DNA from: Tubulanus polymorphus
Taxonomy: Eukaryota > Animalia > Nemertea
NCBI RefSeq assembly: GCF_964204645.1
Contig: NC_134032.1
Span: forward strand, 558,001 to 622,000
Reading direction: 5' to 3'
DNA length: 64,000 nucleotides
The notes beneath the pieces were generated by a model. The model made no database searches and had not been told where the DNA came from. It saw only the letters and a program-made list of their open reading frames with translations. Below, in pieces: positions 11,820 through 24,281 of this stretch. Position 1 is the stretch's first letter, and the number at the start of each line of letters is the position of its first letter. Made by a program: the position numbers and the translations under genes.

Positions 11820-12345
11820 CCCAAGCCAACCTTGCCCTTTTCTATGAAATCAAGTAAGCGTCCAGCTGTGGCAACTAATATATTGCAGCCTGCCACTACA
11901 TTTCTTAGTTGATGGCCAACAGATGCACCTCCATAGACTACTACTGCTCGCAAAATGGTGCCGATAGCAAACTTTTACGCCTGCTGGTGTATTTGGATAG
12001 CCAGCTCCCTGGAAGGAGCCACAACTAAACACTGTGGCTCCTGAACCTGGCTAAAGGCTGAAGATTCCAAACCACTGCCGATCATAGCTGTTATAATTGG
12101 GAGAAGAAATGCGGCCGTTTTCCCGATCCAGTTTGCGCGCATACCATCATATCACGGCCATTCATGATGATAGGAATTGAATATTTCCGAACTGGTGTCG
12201 GTTTGTGGTATTTTGCTCTTTTAACATTTTGCATACACCGATCGTAGAGCCCTGCTTGCTCAAATAACTCGATTGGCGCCGGTTTATTCGTACCGCTTAC
12301 TTCCACCGGTATCTTATCATACTTATCAAAGTTGATACTAGCAAT
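11820..12345 (-). pseudogene. vasa: Intronless (processed) vasa/DDX4 DEAD-box helicase fragment
   Basis: INFDKYDKIPVEVSG..KPTPVRKYSIPII..GRDMMVCAQTGSGK/TAAFLLPII..SAFSQVQEPQCLVVAPSRELAIQI..A*KFAIGTILRAVVVYGGASVGHQL..ILVATAGRLLDFIEKGKVGL. One-base frameshift after GSGK, in-frame TAA, no introns over ~525 bp. The QEP, (R)KF and INFDKYD motifs favour vasa over PL10. Confidence 0.85.
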
Positions 12346-12633
12346 GCAGCATGGCTAAGAACAGCAATAGATTGGGACTTGAAACAAACGGACAAAGACA
12401 CACGTAACGGGACAACATACACGGACCCAGACTTCCTGACACAGAAAATGAGTTATAGACAGTACGACTTGGGAAGGGGAACAATAACCATGAACATACC
12501 GACATCGGTATTAAGGAGCGAAATAACGGACAGTACAGACCCGACTAAAGTAATTAGGGCAGTAGACATAGGGAGAAATGACAGTTGGTACGACACGGCC
12601 TTCTACCCACAATGGAATAGCGACTATTCCATG
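12346..12633 (+). pseudogene. Orphan A-rich coding fragment, possibly parvovirus-like capsid
   Basis: Open frame AAWLRTAIDWDLKQTD..YDTAFYPQWNSDYS, Thr/Asp/Tyr-rich; abuts vasa on one side and an env piece on the other. The capsid call is a guess. Confidence 0.25.
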
Positions 12634-12859
12634 ACTGGAATAAAAAACATTAAAAACATTCACCACTTGATCTCTCATCTGCGAGATACCTATTCTGCAT
12701 TTTAGCTGCGGGACTTTTTGTGGGATGGTTTCCCAAATAAGAAATATAAAGGCAATCACTATTTTAGGACGCTAGTTGATTTCCAATATAAGTTAAGCGC
12801 GTTAGTCCACATTTGATACGGGAATTGTAATTTACAGTTTTGGTAGATGAGAACATTGA

Positions 12860-13020
12860 ATCGACTTGTAGCGACCGGTCGCCATCTCTAGAATGAAAGA
12901 ATGGTAAAAAAGGAATCATCACCAGTCCGAACTATCCAGACAACTACGATAACAACCTGAACTGTAACTGGAAGATCGAAACACCTGAAAACACGAAGGT
13001 TAAAAAGGAAATTGTCCATC
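12860..13020 (+). pseudogene. CUB-domain coding fragment
   Basis: STC..GIITSPNYPDNYDNNLNCNWKIETPENTKV, the canonical N-terminal CUB motif. Confidence 0.8.
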
Positions 13021-13748
13021 GAACTGGGGACAATTGTATTTCAGGGCGAGAGGTAGCGCCATCTAACTTGTAAGTAACGGGGGACTCCGATTGGCTAATC
13101 GCAAGCCAATCAGACCCTTTCTCTGTTGTCTTTTCTTTCTCTTTGTAGACAACCATCTCAATAGGTTTAAATATAATAACTGTTTCTTTTAAAATTCGAT
13201 ATGATGTAATAATTTTAGGATTTTATAGCATTGATGTATAGAAGATACTTATTCTTAGATAGCTTAAGCGCATGGGACATTATGATCCGTATATGCTCTG
13301 CACTGTCCATATTCTTCAATAATATATAATGAATATCAGCCGATTCAGTTGTCATTCCAGAAAGCCATAGAAAATAGGATAGTTATTGTCGAAATTCCGC
13401 CACGCACAACTGAATTGATGCCAGATTCCGTGCTCGTGGTACTTATGTCTAGTGTTATGGAATAATTAAAAGCTTTCTAATAAAACCCGGAATTAGATAA
13501 CGATAAATTTATAGAATAAATGCAGGGTACAAACCGTTCTCTAGAGAGCGGGAGAGCAACATTGGTGGCAACATCGTCCGGAGCGGAGGCAGCGCAACAC
13601 GCGGGGTAAGGGTGATATGATGTTGGCAGTTCAGGCAATATAACCATTGAATCGTATATCAACCTGAGTTGAGTCGTTAGTTTATTTTTGGTCAGGTGGC
13701 AAAATCAAACGGAACCAGAGCAGAGGCAGCGTAACACGTGAAGATGAG

Positions 13749-14030
13749 GTGCCAGAAATTATGGATATCGCATCTCAAGAGATCGATGGCCAAACTATTG
13801 AAAAGCTTAAAAAACATCTGAATTACTATCAAGAATTAGCAACAATTTTGGACACAATAATAAGGAATAAACAATCATCTGTTCAAGAATTACCGAAACG
13901 ACCAACCCTAGATCTAAAAACATTGTTAGGACTTAAAGAAACTAGAACCAAGATAAGTAGTCACGAATGAACTTCATGAGTATTTAAAATCAAAATTAAC
14001 GGATGAAAGAGATTTGGCAAACTTTAAACA
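13749..14030 (+). pseudogene. Uncharacterised helical protein family, variant 2
   Basis: KHLNYYQELATILDTIIRNKQSSVQELPK..LKSKLTDE aligns by eye with 14976-15190 KHLEYFQEMASILEKIIENKRSRVASLPK..KSKLTNE. Confidence 0.55.
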
Positions 14031-14394
14031 CAAACTGTAGACCGCATTAGAAACAACAGTGTTGGAGGTGCGGGCGCTCATTACAACTATAGGGGTCGAG
14101 AAAATAATGGAAATCATCATGGCATTTCCCGTTTAAGATGAACACTCATATAAATGTGGACGGTTTTCCAAGCAAATTGGAAGAAGATATAACAACAGCA
14201 TTCGGCTGTTTAGAACGTAAAGACAATAACTGGGTACAAAGCGAAGAAAGCCTGTCTAAGGAGCTCAGTGATTCAAACTGATTGCGGCAATGAAAAAGGA
14301 CATGTGCGAAGACCGTGGAAGGGATGCTGGGTTCCATACTTTGAAGCTGCTCTTTGAAAATATTAAATCGCCTGACCACAAACTCGGCATTAAA

Positions 14395-14690
14395 GTGATC
14401 TTGATGCTTTGAAACGTCTGAGCTCGGGTCTGACCTCAAACCAAGTTAAAAAACTGGGGAAAACGTTGGACTCCTTCGTGAATTCTAGCAATGCTCGGAT
14501 TGAAAATGCCACGACCGGAATAAAGAACACACACCGACTGATTTCCGATCTGCGAGATGCATAAACTGTGCGTTCGTGGCTGCAGACCAGCGTGGCAGGG
14601 CTACGTGGGACGTTTACGTCAGATGATGGCAGACTTTGCTTGTTAATTAAATAACTGGCAGTTTCGTATGCGCTAGTACATACACAAGAC
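14395..14690 (+). pseudogene. env-like heptad-region fragment (related variant at ~12631-12760)
   Basis: LDALKRLSSGLTSNQVKKLGKTLDSFVNSSNARIENATTGIKNTHRLISDLRDA versus MTGIKNIKNIHHLISHLRDTYSAF at 12631. Confidence 0.4.
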
Positions 14691-15880
14691 GTATTAACAC
14701 TGAACCAGAGACCGCTCCCTCAAACAGACATATACAGTTATAATATCTATCCCATTTCGTGATATAATTCAGAGTTTACAGTTCGCGAGTTAAATGTAAA
14801 TATGAAACCTTTAAATTTATTTATATTTAGTATATGTTTTAGATAGCTACAGTTACCACTAATATCTTTTAGATTAATAAAATGTCATACGCATCAAGAA
14901 GCGATGTCGATACTCGAGATACTCTTGATACTCTTTCTCAGAGGACAACCGAAATGGAAGTCGATCCAGTAGAAATTGGAAGAAGTTCCAAAACATTTAG
15001 AATACTTCCAAGAAATGGCATCAATTTTAGAAAAAATAATAGAAAACAAGCGATCTCGTGTGGCATCATTGCCAAAATTGACAGCAACGGATATAAAGAT
15101 ATCGTCGGGGTTAAAGGAATCAAAAATTAAAAAGAAAATGAGTGGAGAAGAGTTGAATGATTTTTAAAAATCAAAATTAACAAATGAAACAGATGTAAGC
15201 TTTAAAGAAATAGAAGGTGTAACATCATTTGCTGAAATAACTGTTTTATTTAAAAAAAACTATAAATCTTTATTATGTAAAAAAGCAAAACGCTTATGGG
15301 ACCATATCATTTTCGGGGATTGTTTAAATAGGAGGTTTTTAATGTTTAACATTCACAAGACGTATTAACCCTGAACCAGAGACCGCTCCCTCAAACAGAC
15401 ATATACAGTTATAATATCTATCCCATTTCGTGATATAATTCAGTGTTTACAGTTCGCGAGTTAAATGTAAGTACAGTTTTCGTTGTTATTGAGGCTATTA
15501 AATATGAAACCTTTAAATATATTTAAGCGCATTAATTTATATTTGGTATATGTTTTAGAGATAGCAAGAGAGTTACCACCGATATCTTTTAGATAAATAA
15601 AATGTCATACGCATCAAGAAGCGATGGAGAAACTCCTTCTCAGGGATCAACCGCAATGGAAATCGAACCAATAGAAAAAGGCGTAGAAGCACAAGAATCA
15701 CAAGAAAAGATAGACGAAGAAACTATACAAGAATTTGTGAAAAAAAACATTTAGACTACTCTAAAAATTCCAATTATTAAGTTTAACATTTGTTGATGTA
15801 GTCAAATATTTACCGGAAATTGAAAAAATGTTTGAAAACAATTCAGAAATTAAAGATTTCTGGTCGAAATTATAAATTCA
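14690..15880 (+). pseudogene. Two tandem, diverged gene copies (MSYASRSD...; variants 3 and 4), each with a duplicated upstream region
   Basis: Shared ~115-bp upstream block at 14693-14800 and 15354-15470; ATGs at 14882 and 15602; frameshifted bodies. Confidence 0.6.
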
Positions 15881-16019
15881 AATGATGTATTGGTTGAAAG
15901 TCATATATACAATTACTTTCCCAATTATCTGACTAAGACATTTCGTCGATTTCTATCGGGTTGTTTCCATTGCCATATTAAGCATTTTTAAATTTCCAAG
16001 GCAGCAGCAGTTTCTGTAT

Positions 16020-16505
16020 ATGAGCAGCAGGTGGAAGACTAGAACACGTTAACAACAGGAATCATTACTAATCCGAACTATCCAGACAACTATGATAACA
16101 ACCCGAACTGTAACTGGAGGATTGAAACACCTGAAAACAGGGCTGTTTTTTAAATTCTAACACAACCTGAACTGTAACTGGAGGATTGAAACACCAGAAA
16201 ACAGGGCTGTTTTTTTAAATTCTAACACAACCTGAACTGTAACTGGAGGATTGAAACACCAGAAAACAGGGCTGTTTTTTAAATTCTAACACAACCTGAA
16301 CTGTAACTGGAAGATTGTGGCACCTGAAAACACGCATGGTAAAAAATAAACATTTTAAAGAAATTTTCAATTGGATATGTTAAGATTTTATAGTGTTGAG
16401 AACATCGACTCGACCTGTAGCACCGGGTACCAATCTAGAATATTAAAGTGGTATTATAACTAGTCCTGGTTATCCAGACAACTATGATAACAATCTGAAC
16501 TGTAA
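16020..16505 (+). repeat. CUB-domain fragments with a ~63-bp minisatellite derived from them
   Basis: TNPNYPDNYDNNPNCNWRIETPEN followed by ~4 units of acaacctgaactgtaactggaggattgaaacacc..aaaacagggctgttttttaaattcta; a second CUB start (SPGYPDNYDNNLNC) at ~16445-16503. Confidence 0.8.
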
Positions 16506-16591
16506 TATCATATATATATCATTATTAATTTCAAGAACTGTTATTTATCAAGTGTGTATCTGTATGAATTTTATGATATATCTTCTTTGTT

Positions 16592-19500
16592 CATTATCGT
16601 CACTAACTGGAGACAACTTATTTATCGCTTTATTATTTATTGCTTATCGTGTGGAAATATATATATGAAACCAGCCTCTGAAGATGACGATATACAAGGT
16701 CTGCAGTTAAACATTGCAAAATGAACCATTTTCCGTGGAATCTAGTGACATCAGCGACGATGAGGGGAATCAGTCGATAAGTCACTCCGAATAAGGGCAC
16801 CGGTAGATGCCAGTGCTAATTTTTTGAAAATTGTCTCTTCCGTCTCTGAACTTGTCTCTTCCGACGACACGAGCGAGACAAGGGAAGCCGACAGGGAAGT
16901 TGATGAACAACCGATTGACAAAAAATAAAACGCACAAAAATATAACAAAGACGTTACCTTCGGGATTTGATGCTGAAATTAACGCTCGACTAACCGGCGC
17001 GATTGAAGGCCTATGAGATGAAGGAACGATTGCGGACAACATCGGCACAAAAGTCGAGCGATTTATGCGGTGTTGCATTAAAGAGAAAAAACTTATTTCG
17101 AAGTATGAACGAGTTCTGGGGGAATCGTCGGCGAAAGGGCATACGGAGATTTCATTATTCGGTTTTACTATCGACTACTTTCGCAACGCTAGGTTGATCT
17201 GGTTACATGCTAAACAGGGGGTCGAATTACAGCCAGAATTATCTAGTAAATTATACGCCTGCTGCTGATAATGTATCAGACACGAAGGATGCGGAAATCT
17301 TGCCGACTAAGAACGACATCAAAACCAGAATTACCGAGCTAAATTAAGGGCAGAGACCATCTGATGAGAAGCGAACAAGTGTATTTATTATCTTGAAAAC
17401 CTATTAACAATAATGATATTAAATATTCAGCATCATATGAATTCGTCAGAAAGTCTAGATAAAGTGTAGCGCAGGCATTAAAATGTCATTAGTTCAATCA
17501 ATGAAAGTTTTACGGACTAAGATAAATTGATGTAGGCGAAATTTATACATAACAGAAACATAAATAAAGCAGTACAGCAGATTTTAAACAGAATTTTTGA
17601 GACAATTTTTGACCTCATTTCGTTGTATACATCGCGTTAGAAATCATCGGCAATTTCCGTCGATCTCCGTCCAGTTTCGAGGGAGGTAGTAACTATAAAT
17701 ACTGTTTGGAAACATGGCCCCACGATCAGTAATCATCTGGACTCCTAACGACACAGAACTCAATATTATTTTGTCGCCGTGCGGTAAATGAGTTTCCTAT
17801 TACACAATGGAAAATATTACCAGTTATCTCGACTTGTTAACGGGTACCGAGTTGATGGATACTGACGAGTTCTTTACGGATATCGACACGATCGATATTG
17901 TCGATACGATAACGGACTTTGATTTAACGCAATTTCAAACAATGCTCGAAAACGAAGGTGAGATTGGGCTGATACTCCCAATGGTGATACACCAAACGCA
18001 TTTAACCGAATACGATTCACCCTACAATCAACACATATTGGACACGATTATAGACAAGGCGTTGTTATTACACTTCGAGAACAACTTAACCCCACAAGTG
18101 TTGTATGAGTTCGATTCTAATACGAGGGGCCCTCGCATATGAAATTTTTAACCATGTACGAAAGGGCTGTTAAACAAACATATCAAGAGGCTGTTGATGA
18201 CAAGTCTACCGATTCGAAAACATTTACGATCACGGATTTTTTGCAGAAATTAAAACGAGAGGTAAACAAACACACAAAATCTGGAAGCAACTACGGTGAC
18301 ATATGTGGGGATACACTACAAAAGGTAGCCACGTTTATGCAAGCGTTCATACCGGGATGTGACAAATTGACACTAAATAAAAATACCGTGTCCGGTTTAT
18401 TCGATCAACTATTGAAATTAGCCCATACCAAAGAACGTGTCTGGCATTTGTTGATGTATGGGATCAAAAATTGCGTCTTAGAAGAAAACAGCGTACACGA
18501 AAAAGCCCGTAATCTATTAGGTTTCGGGCTCTGTAAATTTCGCCTCTTTTCCGAAAACTACGGTCTCCAGCTGACTACAACGGGTATCACGGCAAATCAT
18601 TTAATGGCGTTAAGTAGGGATTATTGCGCCATGTTAGCGTTCAATTTCGAGGTTTCATCGTGGTGGTACGCGGACAAAGTGTTACACCTCTTACCGATCG
18701 AAATAGTCATGTGGGATGTATTTCGGTCGGGAGGGGAAATGGACGCCAGGAAATGGACGCCGTACTGACATTTGTTACCGCGTACCATCAGATGAAAATC
18801 GACATTGTTGATGAACACCAACACGAACATTGGCATTATTGTCATTAACTGGAGACAGTGAACATTTAACTTATTTATCGCTTTATTATTTATTGCTTAT
18901 CGTTTGGAAATATATATATATGAAACCAGCCTCTGAAGATGACGATATACAAGGTCCGCAGTTAAACATTGCAAAATGAACCATTTTTCGTGGAATCTAG
19001 TGACATCAGCGACGATGAGGGGAATCAGTCGATAAGTCACTCCGAATAAGGGCACCGGTAGATGCCAGTGCTAATCTTTTGAAAATTGTCTCTTCCGTCT
19101 CTGAACTTGTCTCTTCCGACGACACGAGCGAGACAAGGGAAGCTGACAGGGAAGTTGATGAACAACCAGTTGACAAAAATATAACAAAGGCGTTACCTTC
19201 GGGATTTGATGCTGAAATTAACGCTCGACTAACCGGCGCGATTGAAGGCCTATGAGATGAAGGAACGATTGCGGACAACATCGGCACAAAAGTCGAGCGA
19301 TTTATGCGGTGTTGCATTGAAGAGAAAAAACTTATTTCGAAGTATGAACGAGTTCTGGGGGAATCGTCGGCGAAAGGGCATACGGAGATTTCATTATTCG
19401 GTTTTACTATCGACTACTTTCGCAACGCTAGGTTGATCTGGTTACATGCTAAACAGGGGGTCGAATTACAGCCAGAATTATCTAGTAAATTATACGTCTG

Positions 19501-22500
19501 CTGCTGATAATGTATCAGACACGAAGGATGCGGAAATCTTGCCGACTAAGAACGACATCAAAACCAGAATTACCGAGCTAAATTAAGGGCAGAGACCATC
19601 TGATGAGAAGCGAACAAGTGTATTTATTATCTTGAAAACCTATTAACAATAATGATATTAAATATTCAGCATCATATGAATTCGTCAGAAAGTCTAGATA
19701 AAGTGTAGCGCAGGCATTAAAATGTCATTAGTTCAATCAATGAAAGTTTTACGGACTAAGATAAATTGATGTAGGCGAAATTTATACATAACAGAAACAT
19801 AAATAAAGCAGTACAGCAGATTTTAAACAGAATTTTTGAGACAATTTTTGACCTCATTTCGTTGTATACATCGCGTTAGAAATCATCGGCAATTTCCGTC
19901 GATCTCCGTCCAGTTTCGAGGGAGGTAGTAACTATAAATACTGTTTGGAAACATGGCCCCACGATCAGTAATCATCTGGACTCCTAACGACACAGAACTC
20001 AATATTATTTTGTCGCCGTGCGGTAAATGAGTTTCGTATTACACAATGGAAAATATTACCAGTTATCTCGACTTGTTAACGGGTACCGAGTTGATGGATA
20101 CTGACGAGTTCTTTACGGTCGATATTGTCGATACGATAACGGACTTTGATAACGGACTTTGATTTAACGCAATTTCAAACAATGCTCGAAAACGAAGGTG
20201 AGACTGGGCTGATACTCCCAATGGTGATACACCAAACGCATTTAACCGAATACGATTCACCCTACAATCAACACATATTGGACACGATTATAGACAAGGC
20301 GTTGTTATTACACTTCGAGAACAACTTAACCCCACAAGTGTTGTATGAGTTCGATTCTAATACGGGGCCCTCGCATATGAAATTTTTAACCATGTACGAA
20401 AGGGCTGTTAAACAAACATATCAAGAGGCTGTTGATGACAAGTCTACCGATTCGAAAACATTTACGATCACGGATTTTTTGCAGAAATTAAAACGAGAGG
20501 TAAACAAACACACAAAATCTCGAAGCAACTACGGTGACATATGTGGGGATACACTACAAAAGGTAGCCACGTTTATGCAAGCGTTCATACCGGGATGTGA
20601 CAAATTGACACTAAATAAAAATACCGTGTCCGGTTTATTCGATCAACTATTGAAATTAGCCCATACCAAAGAACGTGTCTGGCATTTGTTGATGTATGGG
20701 ATCAAAAATTGCGTCTTAGAAGAAAACAGCGTACACGAAAAAGCCCGTAATCTATTAGGTTTCGGGCTCTGTAAATTTCGCCTCTTTTCCGAAAACTAAG
20801 GTCTCCAGCCGACTACAACGGGTATCACGGCAAATCATTTAATGGCGTTAAGTAGGGATTATTGCGCCATGTTAGCGTTCAATTTCGAGGTTTCATCGTG
20901 GTGGTACGCGGACAAAGTGTTACACCTCTTACCGATCGAAATAGTCATGTGGGATGTATTTCGGTCGGGAGGGGAAATGGACGCCGTACTGACATTTGTT
21001 ACCGCGTACCATCAGATGAAAATCGACATTGTTGATGAACACCAACACGAACATTGGCATTATTGTCATTAACTGGAGACAGTGAACATTTAACTTATTT
21101 ATCGCTTTATTATTTATTGCTTATCGTTTGGAAATATATATATATATGAAACCAGCCTCTGAAGATGACGATATACAAGGTCTGCAGTTAAACATTGCAA
21201 AATGAACCATTTTTCGTGGAATCTAGTGACATCAGCGACGATGAGGGGAATCAGTCGATAAGTCACTCCAAATAAGGGCACCGGTAGATGCCAGTGCTAA
21301 TCTTTTGAAAATTGTCTCTTCCGTCTCTGAACTTGTCTCTTCCGACGACACGAGCGAGACAAGGGAAGCTGACAGGGAAGTTGATGAACAACCAGTTGAC
21401 AAAAATATAACAAAGGCGTTACCTTCGGGATTTGATGCTGAAATTAACGCTCGACTAACCGGCGCGATTGAAGGCCTATGAGATGAAGGAACGATTGCGG
21501 ACAACATCGGCACAAAAGTCGAGCGATTTATGCGGTGTTGCATTGAAGAGAAAAAACTTATTTCGAAGTATGAACGAGTTCTGGGGGAATCGTCGGCGAA
21601 AGGGCATACGGAGATTTCATTATTCGGTTTTACTATCGACTACTTTCGCAACGCTAGGTTGATCTGGTTACATGCTAAACAGGGGGTCGAATTACAGCCA
21701 GAATTATCTAGTAAATTATACGTCTGCTGCTGATAATGTATCAGACACGAAGGATGCGGAAATCTTGCCGACTAAGAACGACATCAAAACCAGAATTACC
21801 GAGCTAAATTAAGGGCAGAGACCATCTGATGAGAAGCGAACAAGTGTATTTATTATCTTGAAAACCTATTAACAATAATGATATTAAATATTCAGCATCA
21901 TATGAATTCGTCAGAAAGTCTAGATAAAGTGTAGCGCAGGCATTAAAATGTCATTAGTTCAATCAATGAAAGTTTTACGGACTAAGATAAATTGATGTAG
22001 GCGAAATTTATACATAACAGAAACATAAATAAAGCAGTACAGCAGATTTTAAACAGAATTTTTGAGACAATTTTTGACCTCATTTCGTTGTATACATCGC
22101 GTTAGAAATCATCGGCAATTTCCGTCGATCTCCGTCCAGTTTCGAGGGAGGTAGTAACTATAAATACTGTTTGGAAACATGGCCCCACGATCAGTAATCA
22201 TCTGGACTCCTAACGACACAGAACTCAATATTATTTTGTCGCCGTGCGGTAAATGAGTTTCGTATTACACAATGGAAAATATTACCAGTTATCTCGACTT
22301 GTTAACGGGTACCGAGTTGATGGATACTGACGAGTTCTTTACGGTCGATATTGTCGATACGATAACGGACTTTGATAACGGACTTTGATTTAACGCAATT
22401 TCAAACAATGCTCGAAAACGAAGGTGAGACTGGGCTGATACTCCCAATGGTGATACACCAAACGCATTTAACCGAATACGATTCACCCTACAATCAACAC

Positions 22501-24281
22501 ATATTGGACACGATTATAGACAAGGCGTTGTTATTACACTTCGAGAACAACTTAACCCCACAAGTGTTGTATGAGTTCGATTCTAATACGGGGCCCTCGC
22601 ATATGAAATTTTTAACCATGTACGAAAGGGCTGTTAAACAAACATATCAAGAGGCTGTTGATGACAAGTCTACCGATTCGAAAACATTTACGATCACGGA
22701 TTTTTTGCAGAAATTAAAACGAGAGGTAAACAAACACACAAAATCTCGAAGCAACTACGGTGACATATGTGGGGATACACTACAAAAGGTAGCCACGTTT
22801 ATGCAAGCGTTCATACCGGGATGTGACAAATTGACACTAAATAAAAATACCGTGTCCGGTTTATTCGATCAACTATTGAAATTAGCCCATACCAAAGAAC
22901 GTGTCTGGCATTTGTTGATGTATGGGATCAAAAATTGCGTCTTAGAAGAAAACAGCGTACACGAAAAAGCCCGTAATCTATTAGGTTTCGGGCTCTGTAA
23001 ATTTCGCCTCTTTTCCGAAAACTAAGGTCTCCAGCCGACTACAACGGGTATCACGGCAAATCATTTAATGGCGTTAAGTAGGGATTATTGCGCCATGTTA
23101 GCGTTCAATTTCGAGGTTTCATCGTGGTGGTACGCGGACAAAGTGTTACACCTCTTACCGATCGAAATAGTCATGTGGGATGTATTTCGGTCGGGAGGGG
23201 AAATGGACGCCGTACTGACATTTGTTACCGCGTACCATCAGATGAAAATCGACATTGTTGATGAACACCAACACGAACATTGGCATTATTGTCATTAACT
23301 GGAGACAGTGAACATTTAACTTATTTATCGCTTTATTATTTATTGCTTATCGTTTGGAAATATATATATATATGAAACCAGCCTCTGAAGATGACGATAT
23401 ACAAGGTCTGCAGTTAAACATTGCAAAATGAACCATTTTTCGTGGAATCTAGTGACATCAGCGACGATGAGGGGAATCAGTCGATAAGTCACTCCAAATA
23501 AGGGCACCGGTAGATGCCAGTGCTAATCTTTTGAAAATTGTCTCTTCCGTCTCTGAACTTGTCTCTTCCGACGACACGAGCGAGACAAGGGAAGCTGACA
23601 GGGAAGTTGATGAACAACCAGTTGACAAAAATATAACAAAGGCGTTACCTTCGGGATTTGATGCTGAAATTAACGCTCGACTAACCGGCGCGATTGAAGG
23701 CCTATGAGATGAAGGAACGATTGCGGACAACATCGGCACAAAAGTCGAGCGATTTATGCGGTGTTGCATTGAAGAGAAAAAACTTATTTCGAAGTATGAA
23801 CGAGTTCTGGGGGAATCGTCGGCGAAAGGGCATACGGAGATTTCATTATTCGGTTTTACTATCGACTTTCGCAACGCTAGGTTGATCGGGTTATATGCTA
23901 AACAGGGGGTCGAATTACAGCCAGAATTATCTAGTAAATTATACGTCTGCTGCTGATAATGTATCAGACACGAAGGATGCGGAAATCTTGCCGACTAAGA
24001 ACGACATCAAAACCAGAATTACCGAGCTAAATTAAGGGCAGAGACCATCTGATGAGAAGCGAACAAGTGTATTTATTATCTTGAAAACCTATTAACAATA
24101 ATGATATTAAATATTCAGCATCATATGAATTCGTCAGAAAGTCTAGATAAAGTGTAGCGCAGGCATTAAAATGTCATTAGTTCAATCAATGAAAGTTTTA
24201 CGGACTAAGATAAATTGATGTAGGCGAAATTTATACATAACAGAAACATAAATAAAGCAGTACAGCAGATTTTAAACAGAA
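16592..24281 (+). repeat. Tandem array of a ~2.22-kb unit, 3.4 copies (starts ~16605, 18847, 21071, 23297)
   Basis: aactggagac..ttatttatcgc recurs every ~2225 bp; copies differ by SNPs and indels; the last copy is truncated at 24281. Confidence 0.95.
17807..18848 (+). pseudogene. Orphan virus-like gene (reconstructed ~341 aa); further copies at ~20046-21072 and ~22272-23298
   Basis: Acidic N-terminus, intronless, TATAAA at ~17694. Copy 1 has +2 and +14 bp insertions; copies 2 and 3 have a different frameshift and a TAC>TAA stop. Confidence 0.6.

Noticed and set aside
12091-12306. Functional vasa/PL10 exon
   Set aside because: Frameshift after GSGK, in-frame stop, no flanking exons.
16751-23874. 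Minus-strand ORFs in the 2.2-kb repeat (MQHRINRS..., MLYFCAF...)
   Set aside because: They are antisense shadows of a degraded + strand frame.
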